Source of the DNA: Felis catus
Taxonomy: Eukaryota
Assembly (NCBI RefSeq): GCF_018350175.1
Contig: NC_058368.1
Span: 114,950,001 to 115,014,000, forward strand
Reading direction: 5' to 3'
Length of the DNA stretch: 64,000 nucleotides
The notes beneath the pieces were generated by a model. It saw only the letters and a program-made list of their open reading frames with translations, did no database searches and had not been told where the DNA came from. Both the position numbers and the translations under genes were made by a program. Below, one piece after another: positions 51,278 to 61,471 of the stretch. Positions within the stretch are counted from its first letter, which is position 1, and every line of letters starts with the position of its first letter.

Positions 51278-51327
51278 TGTTGATTTGAGCAAGAATAGCT
51301 ATCAGCTGTAATTTTCTTATTTTCCAG

Positions 51328-51408
51328 GCTGGACGTAAAGAAAGAAGTGATGCACTCAATTCTGCCATAGATAAAATGACTAAGAAGACTAGAGACTTGC
51401 GTAGACAG
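51328..51408 (+). CDS. CTNNA1: CTNNA1 (alpha-E-catenin) coding exon, equivalent to human exon 8
   Basis: ttttcttattttccAG|GCT...CAG|GTaagc; 81 nt, phase 0/0; translates AGRKERSDALNSAIDKMTKKTRDLRRQ, matching alpha-E-catenin. Confidence 0.97.
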
Positions 51409-52028
51409 GTAAGCTGGGAAAAAACGTGTCAATTGCTTTCCTAAGTTTTCAGTTTTGTAGTTTTGGTTAAAATTCTAGGAAGTATTTGGCCCATATATTT
51501 TACTGGGGTAAAAGGATGGTTTGTCACAGGAAACTGCCTATCTCTATTTGGTAGCTAATAAGGTTCTAACTAGCTAATAAAATCTCTTGGGGACCTGGAA
51601 TAATGGAGTCCCACTGGGATGGACTGAATCAATTAGCTTTAGTGTGAAAAGGATGTACAGGTAAGAAAATGAATTTCAAACGACTTGGGGACCTGTGAAA
51701 ATACCCTGAAGGATCTTGTGGTACTAGATTACATACAGGAGAGACAGAAATTGCTGTTATTTGACTTGCCCCGTTCTGATTACACACTTGAAGTTCCCTT
51801 AGATCCTTGGTGAAGATGTGCTTCCAGTATAAATAGGTGGTGATAAAGATGTTTGGGTTGCTCAGTTTTCCAAGTTAGTAAATACAGAGGAAAGAATCTC
51901 TTCGTTTGTTAAATCAAATGTATTATGTATGTGATAAATGTATTATTTGTATGCATAATGTGATAAAATTAGTAATTTTATTACTAATGTGATCAAATTA
52001 GTATTAAGACTTAAAAAGAAGTTGCAGT

Positions 52029-52146
52029 GGGGTGCCTGGGTGGCTCGACTCTTGATCTCATCTCAGGTCTTGATCTCAGAGTCATGAATTCAACTCCCTC
52101 ATTGGGATCCACGCTGGGCATGAAGCCTACTTTAAAAAAAAAAAAA
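52029..52146 (+). mobile_element. Short older Can-SINE between the two CTNNA1 exons
   Basis: ggggtgcctgggtggctc...gcctactttaaaaaaa; TSD-like aaaaa..ttg(c/t)agt. Confidence 0.85.
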
Positions 52147-52719
52147 TTGTAGTAATAATAGTTTCCAGAGTTAATAGACATTTTATTGTTCATGTCTGAT
52201 AAAAAGCAAAGATGGAATGTGTCTTTGTTTTTCTTCTAGTGAAGTCATATCTTAAACGGTTATAAAGATAACCGTTAATAGGTTTAAGGTTCATAGTGTG
52301 CTAACCCTGTTCAGATAAGCCAGAAAGTACTTAATTCTCTCTTTTCACTTTTAGTTAGGAATATAATTGCATATGTTCCAAGGCTATATGTATCAATTCA
52401 ATCCAGAGCTGTTTTCTGTTCAGCTTTGTACTATTCCTTTAAGAAAAAAGTTTTAGTTTTGTAATTCTCCCCAAAAGGGGGATATTATCTTGAAACTTAA
52501 GATTTTGTTGTTAAAATGCTATAACTATAGTATAAGCATTATCTTTAGGATCATGTTTCCTCTGTCCCATATTATATAACTTCATGGCTTACATGAGGGA
52601 TCCTCATATAAGTGCAGCCAGGCTATCATGAGCTTCCACTAAGATTTAAAAGTACCAGAGAAAAAGCAGTCTAGTTTCTTAGTAGAAATAAAATCAAATT
52701 TTTACAATTTAATTATTAG

Positions 52720-52872
52720 CTACGCAAAGCCGTCATGGACCATGTTTCAGATTCATTCCTGGAAACCAACGTTCCACTTTTAGTATTGATTGAAGCTGCA
52801 AAGAATGGAAATGAGAAAGAAGTTAAGGAATATGCTCAAGTTTTCCGTGAACATGCCAACAAATTGATTGAG
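52720..52872 (+). CDS. CTNNA1: CTNNA1 coding exon, equivalent to human exon 9
   Basis: ttattAG|CTA...GAG|GTaagt; 153 nt; translates LRKAVMDHVSDSFLETNVPLLVLIEAAKNGNEKEVKEYAQVFREHANKLIE, in frame with the previous exon. Confidence 0.97.
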
Positions 52873-54274
52873 GTAAGTGTATTATCAGTTTCATTAACTG
52901 TGTAACTTGGTGAAGTGTAGTGATTTTTAATCACGTTATTTACTCAGCTAAAAATTTTAGGAAGCTCATGTAATATACAATCCGTATAAAATGAAAGTCT
53001 TTTATTATTACTTAACATCCATCCCAAACTACCATTTTGGTCAGTTTACGTTAATTCTGTACATTGTTAAATATAGATAGTCCCTATCCTAGAAACTTAA
53101 CATCTCCACTTAATGTTAATGCAAATAAAGATAATTACCTACCTGAACTCAAAAGACCCTATAAGAAGGGCGTCGTGTCTAGAAGTTGGAGAAATTTCAT
53201 GGCTTACATCCTAGGCTGCATCCTGGCAAATTACCTAACCTTTTTCAGTTCCCATTTCTTTTCTGTAAGATGAGGTTACTATTGATAACTCTCTTGGGAT
53301 TATTTTGAGGTCTAAATCTAATAGAGATGATGTATGTCAAGTGCTTAATTTTTTGCCTGAGACATGGACTCAGTCCATTCATCTTATTTTAAAATTGAAG
53401 AAACATGCTGTTAATTAGATATGGTTGAACAGTAAAAATCTTCATATAAGTGCTTGTTTTGTAAGGTGACAAGAAAAAAGAGAGGTGAATTGCTATTTAA
53501 TTTCCAGGTAAGTTAGACTTGGTCCTGCCTTTTAATAAGTGAAATTATATTATTGTTCAACTTATTCATTATTATTTTATCTTTAAAAATTGACATGTAT
53601 AGTAAACACATACCGAAGTTATTTGATTTTATAACCTTAACGTAAAATATCTAATATTTGGAAAAGATATTCCGTAGACCATTTGGTAATTTGCTTACTA
53701 CGTAAGAACAGAAAATGGGCCTTTTATGTAAAATGTGTTTCTTGTGCATTTGGATTTATAGTGACATTAGGCCAGGTTAATACCGTTAAAACGTTCCAAG
53801 GAAAACATCAGTAATAACATTAAATGCATTACGAATTTTACATCTAGTTTTCTTTGACTATTAAATGTTATTTTGACCTGAATTAATTATGTACAGAATA
53901 CATAGGTCAGTCTTCTATTCAAGTTAATGATTCTCTCATTTGGAGTTAAGAGCAGAAGAATATCATTTTGTGTCTCCATTAAGCATTATCTTTTTCACAA
54001 GAGTCAAATGATAGCATGGGGTGTACCTCCAAATACACAAAGATTGTCTTTAGGAAGCCAACCTCCTATAAGTAGCCTACATGTTAGAAAATGTGCCTGC
54101 AAGAGCAAATGCAGGGACACTGCCAGCCCAAGGCATGGGGTAACAAGTACCAGTAGTGGAATGGGAAAGGGCTCAGTGTGGTCCCGAACCTCAGAGGGCA
54201 GCCTTTGTCAGTACTGCAGCTGGAGGACTCTTTATTTGGACCTGCATTATCATCCTCATCCAACACAACTGATG

Positions 54275-54400
54275 CTTGCTGAGCACCTACTGTGCACCAG
54301 GTATATTCAAATACAATGTATTTTCCATAATACCTTTCTCAGGTAAGGAAATTGAGGCTTAGAGAGGTTAAGTAACTTGCTTTAGGTCCTCCAGCAGTGA
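54275..54400 (-). mobile_element. MIR fragment
   Basis: tgagcacctactgtgcaccagg...gaaattgaggcttagagaggttaagtaacttgc. Confidence 0.8.
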
Positions 54401-55199
54401 GGACTGTGCCTTTTGAGCTTGCTGATTTAGTGAACACTGAGAAGCATTTGGTGGACCTGATGGCCCTGGAGACCTTGCTTCAGGAGCTTTGTCCATGCTT
54501 CTACTTTTTATTTAATTCCAAACATTTCTAACCAAGGGCCCCTTAGAGTTTAGAGTTTGGTGTTCCCTATCACGACTCAGTTCTGACCCCTTTCTCACCT
54601 CTTTCCTCTCTGTGCCCTCCCCCCCACATCACCTTCCATACTTATTATATATGTATTAAGTGGCACAGCCTTTTTATTGCTTGAGGCACAAGTAAAGGCT
54701 TTGTAGTACCACTCTCCAAACAGTTAAATTACATTTATGGTAATAGAGATACTAGGATATATAATTGCATATGTGCTTGAAAAGGAAATGAGTTTTTAAA
54801 GTGTTGTAGAAGGCTCCAATACTTGACTCATGGCAGAACTTTATTCTTCAGTGACACGGCTTCTCTTCCCCACATGACTTTTGTGATTTAAGTATTACTA
54901 TGAACACTGAAAAAGTGAGGGACTTTTTTTGAACAAAAGTGAGGCGCTTCATTGTGATTGTTTTGTTACTTCCTTTCTCTTCATTCCTGTTCCCTCTTAA
55001 ATTGGAATAAATGTCAGCTGACATTGATTTTTGTGGTCATTTATAGTTTTTCCTGGGGTTTAGGAGAAGAGTTTGTGGGAAAGTTGAGTAGAGCTAGTGG
55101 TGTTAGGCCACTAGCAGAAAAGGAGGGGGCTCTGATTCTGCAGCCATTGAGAATTCTGCCAGGTATGTTTGTCTTTCTAAAATACTGCATTAAAATTCT

Positions 55200-55660
55200 G
55201 TGCTAACCATCTGCAGTTAGCACAGGCCCCACAGCAAAAGGGCATGATCCCCAACAAGATTGCCCTCACTGTAGATGTCAGCTGCCTCCTGTACTAATGA
55301 CCCAAGACGCTATAAATTCAGGAGTTTCCATGATCCCCCTACAAGACTGCCCTCACTTCAAATGCTGGCCACAAGTTTGGAGGGTCCCCAGGCTACCCAT
55401 ACCCTGACCCACTGGCTACAAATATGGGGCTTCCCATGGCCCACTTCAGGTGTGATAATGTGCTAGAACAACTCCTAGAACTCACTAGAATGCTTAGCAT
55501 TACTTATCTAGGGGCCCACCAGGAGTTACTTCGTTAACATAAACCATCAGGGCCAATGATGAATAACAGAGACACTCCTATCATGATTGAAATCTCATGG
55601 ATATGGAAGAAGTTTCCTCACAGGAAACCAGGACAAAAACCAGACATTCTTTATTATAGG
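55200..55660. mobile_element. MER21-like LTR fragment
   Basis: acaagactgccctcacttca...gggtccccaggc...actggctacaaat...gataatgtgctagaac resembles MER21 (from memory). Confidence 0.65.
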
Positions 55661-56134
55661 ACACTTCCCCATCTTGAAGGAATGTGAAATGCCTGATTTT
55701 TAGGTCGATTGCTATACAGTCATAAAGCTACATGGAAGAGGTAAGACCGTGCTGGTATTTGTTTCCTGTAGCTTTATGTTTGGCCATTTACCTGGTGACT
55801 TACCATTTCTCTTACCTGGTTCTTCTTGCATTGTTCTTTTCCTTGGAGGTTCTCCCCCTTGGGAGCTAGGTTTTCTGCTCTCTCTCAGGAAATTGGGTCC
55901 ATCTCTTCACACCCCAATGAGTGTTTTTTCTTCATAGAATCATAGATTCTCATTCTGGTACGTAAAACCACTTCTGTGTAACATCCATGAATCGTTACTT
56001 CTCTTTTCTTGGAGTGCTTCTGTAGTGGGAAACTCCCAGGCCTCACATTGCACTGGTGGGTTCTCTGGTTGTTAGCAACAGGGAGCCACACTCTCCTTCT
56101 CTGCAGCTACTTCTGTCCATCTTTTTACTGGTGT

Positions 56135-56335
56135 ACACAGTGAATTGAGAGGAACCATAAGTGTAAATACACACCTGATTTCGAAGATATGGTATGGATA
56201 AAAAAGAATGTACAAAACTCATTAGCTTTTTATATTGATTACATGTTGATATGTAATGTCTTGGGATTAGAAACACCAAATTATTTTTGCTAATTTCACC
56301 CTTTTTAATGTGGCTACTGAAAAAATTTTAAATAC
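56135..56335. mobile_element. MER33/MER3-like hAT DNA transposon fragment
   Basis: aagtgtaaatacacacctgatttcgaaga...tatattgattacatgttga...tttttaatgtggctact. Confidence 0.7.
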
Positions 56336-56789
56336 CTAGAACCTTTCAGCCTGCCACTAGAAATCATTCTCGACTGAACAGTTCTTAGTATATAGTTGGC
56401 CGTTTAGCCCATTTAGAATCCCTTTATTTTTATCTTACTCTAAATTACCTAGGTAAAACATATCTATATTATTTCCAGTATCCCTTTTGGTAACTTCAAT
56501 CATTACGCTATTAATATTTGGATAACCATAGGAAGCATAGTTTATATTCTAGCAGGTTCTTTGTGGATTCCAGCTGCCTTTCACCTTCCCACAGATTTTT
56601 TTTTCTTTTTCTTTTTTTTCGCCCCAGTTTTCCCATGAGTATTTGAGTGGTCCCATGTATCAGTTAGCTGCTCTGTGGGGTTAGATGCACTCCTCTCATG
56701 TCTGATCCCTCAGCTGGGTAGTCTGATTTATTGAGTGTTAGAAAATGTGTTCTTTAGCATTGAAGTGAAGCCAAACATGTCACCACCTT

Positions 56790-57125
56790 ATGTCCTCTGC
56801 ACTGCTTGGGCCCTCTGCCTGGAATGTTCTGTCCACTTCTCACCCCTCATCCCACAGGCTTTTGCTCAGATGTTACCCCTGCAGAGAGGCTCTCCTGGAT
56901 CCCTCATCCCCTCCATTCCACCTTCCACCATTTTTTTTTAACCCTGTCATCTGTTTTATAGCCACCATAACATTTTTCACTATCTAAAATTACTGGGATT
57001 GTTTTGTTTTCTTATGTTTTCTGTTTCCCACCCCATACTCTAATAGAGTGTAAATTCTTTGAGAACATGGGCCTAGAACAGTGCCTGGAACAAGTATGTG
57101 CTCAGTATCTACCAGATGAGTGAGT
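56790..57125 (+). mobile_element. L2 3' fragment
   Basis: ccctctgcctggaatgttct...tagagtgtaaattctttgag...cctagaacagtgcctgg...tgctcagta. Confidence 0.7.
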
Positions 57126-58931
57126 GTACTAGTTCTCAGGTAATAAACATTTAAGTCACTGAGGTGCTCAACCTTCAGATCCCTGGACTACCATCCCTGA
57201 GGATTCACACTTACTGGTCTCAGAACCACACTTTGAGAAATTCAGAGTTCTGTGTTATGACTGAACACCATTGTTATTAAACTTGATATTCTTCTCATTC
57301 TGTATCATGTGTATATGAGGGAATGAAATGTACAGTCTTTTGGGATGTGAAGATGAATGGGGAAATTTGGAAACTTTTTAAAAATTAGGTGACGTTGATT
57401 TGAGCAGTATTTTCATTTGCTAGGACCAAGCTTTCAACAACCAATAGCAGATTTTCTAGAGTTGTGGGAGAAAAAAAATTATGATGGAGTCTCACAACAA
57501 ATATTTACAGTGTTCCTGATATGTCCCAGTCACTGTTCTAGGCACTAGGGAGATGGTAGCGAATGAAACAAAAATCTCTCTCCCCATGAAGGTTATGTTC
57601 TACTAGAGAGAGGGAAGCAATTAAAATACATTTATATAGTATGTGTATTTTGTACAGTGTGGTATAAATGGTGCTGAGATGATATGTGAAAAAAGTTAAC
57701 CGTTTTATCAGTGTTTTAAATGGAAGCAGAGCTAAAACTGTTATTTAAGTAGCATTTTAATACATGACCAAAATAAAATTGGAGCAGATGTGTTGGCACT
57801 TGCTAACTTGGTTTTTGGAAGTCTTATTTATTGCATTAATAGAAATACTTTCTTCCCAGACCAAGTAAAATAGTATAAAAGGGTTATGCTTTAATTTGGG
57901 GTGTCATGTAAAGTTGCTTCAAATATATTCATAGTTTCTGAGTGGTATTAGGGAATAACACCCACTTAGAAATGGAAACCTTTTACGGTACCTTCCTTGT
58001 ATATCACATGATGAAAATACAAGATGAATTTCAAGACTAAAAACCACATACTGACTCTTAAGTTTTTAGAACAGAAGCAAATTCCTCCAGTCCCTCTGTG
58101 TGCACAGTTAGTGTCAGGAAGGCTGTGTGAGGCTGGCTGCCGATTCAATCCTTAGTAAATGACTTTTGTGATTTTATTTGAAAAGGCAAATAACAGTATT
58201 TGCCATGAAGTTGTTCTTATTTTCTTGGGTTCTGGCTGGGACCTCTGCGTGTCTCATACCACATTTGTCAGTGGAATCCATTCCCACATCATACTGAAGC
58301 CCATATTCTTGTGTGAAGGGGTGCATATAGGTTGTGTGTCCCCAAGGCCCGTGAGTAAGGGAGCAAGAGCTGAGGGTCATTACTGGTGAGCGGCATGACG
58401 CTTCTTTTCACCATTTTCTTTTGTTCTGGAGTATAGCACTGAGGGCTTTTCTTTCATCTTTTTATGAAAGATCATGGCTGTGCTTCAGGGTAACTGTAAT
58501 ACCTTTTATACTTGACTCTTTCTCCCATATCAAGTTAATGATTTCTTTATGTTGCTCTTCATTTTTAAGCATATTGAGGTAAAATATTTATTTTGTCAGA
58601 AAGAAGCAATACCCATGTGTCCTTTTTAATTGCTTCATTCTTAGTCTACCTCCTTTGGCTGTGAGCAGCTTAATAGCTAAAGAGCAGTCAGTTTTTCCTT
58701 TTAATTTTGCTTTCTTCTGAGTCCTTTTTCACGAATTGAGAGTGAAATAGGAAAAATGCCATTCATGAAATCTTGCCTCTAAAAACATATATTATTTAGT
58801 ATTCCTTTCCTCTCAGCCCCAGACATTGCATTAAAATAGGCCTTTTATCATTATGAACTTGCTACAATAAGATAGTATCTCATTCATTACTTTGTGTATT
58901 AAGAATCAGAAGGTAAATGTAACTGGTATGC

Positions 58932-59121
58932 CTTTTTTTTTTTTAAGTTTTTATTTATTTTGAGAGAGAACGCAAGCGGGGTAGGGGCAGAGAGATAGGG
59001 AGAGAGAATATCCCAAGCAGGCTCCCAGCTGATGCAGGATTCCAACTCACAAACCATGAGATCATGACCTGAGCGGAAACCAAACATTGGATGCTCGACA
59101 CTCGAGCCACCCAGGTACCCC
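58932..59121 (-). mobile_element. Can-SINE
   Basis: TSD taactg(g/c)tatgc. Confidence 0.9.
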
Positions 59122-60977
59122 TAACTGCTATGCTTTGGAGTTGGATTATCATTACTTGTTGAGTTGCCACATGCCCACCCCTCACTCCAAAGTATTTCCC
59201 ATTATCCAGGACTTCATACGGTATGACATTATTGGCTTAAAGTGTGTATTTTTACTGCAAATTGAACGATCTGCATTATAACTTATATTCTGTGGTTTGC
59301 CCATAATGTACAGGAAAGTGGCCTTGAAGAAGGCTCTGTAAAGGAGCATTTGAATTGAACACTGACCTTATGTGATCCACCTGTGACAGCTTCAGTATTT
59401 TTCTCAGTGCCTCTGTATAATACTATAGGCTGAAATGCCTGCAAATAGCAAATTAAATGAACCTTCCATTTTCTAGGACTGTAGTATGTTTAAAGCAGTC
59501 AGTATCATTGGGGGGAATGCTGACCTTGGATTCCAAAAGAATTTATTAAACCTATTGAGCTTGGTCTTTCCACATTTTTAAAGGTCTGTAAGTTCACATG
59601 CTTGAGTCTCCGCCAAACAAAAGTGTCTTTCTTGTGTGTACTATTTTAACATCTCATACCCAAACAAGTGTTTTTGGTCGAACTTAACTACCTACTCAGA
59701 TTTTGGGATGGTCTAGTGAAGGCAGTAGATGAACCTTGTTCTCAGGGAACATCAACATTCTTTTCTCTTGGAGCATTGGTAGGAGTAATCAGAGAAACCC
59801 TGCCCAGTCTTTACCCTGCTCCAGAAGAGTAGGCCCTCCTGTTACCTCATCAGTAGAGCTGATGAACTGATGTTTAGATAGGCACACTTTCTAGGTGTAC
59901 TGAGATTATTCAGGCAGTTAGATAGAAATAGAGAACTTTTGAAATGGTCTATGTGATACCAAGTAAATAGAAATGATTCCTTGGGTGATGATTTACAATG
60001 AAAGCCTTTTAAAAAGCCTTTAAAAAATACCAAATATCAAAGCCATTTAAAATAATTTATCATGTTTTAATAAAGTCACAGTTTCCAAATCTGTTACTAG
60101 AGATGCTTATATTTGTATCCTGCCTCTTCCTAAAATTAGATTTGATATAGCTTATTTCAAATAAAGAGAGGCATGATAAAATAAGGTAGATGTAGAAAAT
60201 CAGGAACCAGGAAAAGAATAATAGACAATCTTGAACTATAATTGCCATGACTGAGTTTGGATTTGGCACTGAACTTCCTGGTACCAAGAAGGAAAGGATG
60301 AAACACAGTTGTGTAGTTCTTGTCCTTAGAATGGAGGGAGAATGCCCCCCCCCCCCTTCTTTCATGGGAAATAAGCCTATGCTAAAGATGTGAAAAGAAT
60401 CCTTACATGGGGCTTTTATGTATTTATACTTAAGGGTCAGTGAATGATTAAATATATAGGGTTGCTCGACATTTTAATACAGCATACTGACAGACACCAC
60501 ATTATTTTCCTTTTAAAAAAATTTGTTTTTAATTTTTGTGGTTTGTCTCTTAAAAGACAGGGTCATATTCTTCAGGTGTGAACAGCTGTGATCTGGTGAG
60601 GAGCCTACCTGGCATGTGGCCTTCAGCCTCCCAGTGACATAATTGGGGAGGACAGAGGGCTGTGAGTCAAGTGCTTCCTTCCGATCATCCAGCATAGCTT
60701 TATCCTTTCTTTTTAAAGACAGTGTACAACTTTTGTTTATGTTTTAAATGTATTTTATAAAGAGTAATGTTTACTTATTTTTACTCACTTTAGTAAAGTT
60801 TTTTTTCCTGTTAGAGAGTTTTGTTCATATACATTCATTATGGTTGTGACATGTGGATTCATTTTAACTGCTGCATTTTGTTCTCTTTCTCCTTAACCCT
60901 CTGCTTCCATCCCTCCTCTGTTTTTAACTGTCTTGACTCCTTTTTGCATGGATTGAGTTCTCTCGCCTCCTCTTCTC

Positions 60978-61027
60978 CACCCCCCACTCCCCCCACCCCC
61001 CCACCTCTCCCCCCACCCCCCCCCCCC
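60978..61027 (+). repeat. C-rich low-complexity tract
   Basis: ~50 bp of C runs separated by a/t. Confidence 0.92.
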
Positions 61028-61215
61028 CACCTCTCCCCCCACCCCCCTTGTTTGGAAGTGGTAAACTCTGTTTTATTAGTAGTGGTTCTGGATATTTTAG
61101 CATGCATGTTTAACTGAGTGGTTGAGGGCTAATCAGTATCTTTTCCTCCTTTTGAAACTATGTAAGAATCTCAAAATGCTTTGACTTCAGTCATTCTCCA
61201 ACTTAAATGTTACTG

Positions 61216-61471
61216 TTGTCCAGTACTTTGGTTCTTGTAAGTTTTAGTCCCATGAGTTAGGTACTATTGGTATTGCTGAATTCATTTTTTCAACTTTGCT
61301 TAAATTGTAGTTGATACATTATTTTCATTGCTTCTCATTTCTCCTTGTCCAGTACTTTGGTTCTTGTAAGTTTTAGTCCCATGAGTTAGGTACTATTGGT
61401 ATTGCTGAATTCATTTTTTCAACTTTGCTTAAATTGTAGTTGATACATTATTTTCATTGCTTCTCATTTCT
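61216..61471 (+). repeat. Perfect 127-bp tandem duplication
   Basis: 61216-61342 is identical to 61345-61471, with a 'cc' junction. Confidence 0.95.
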
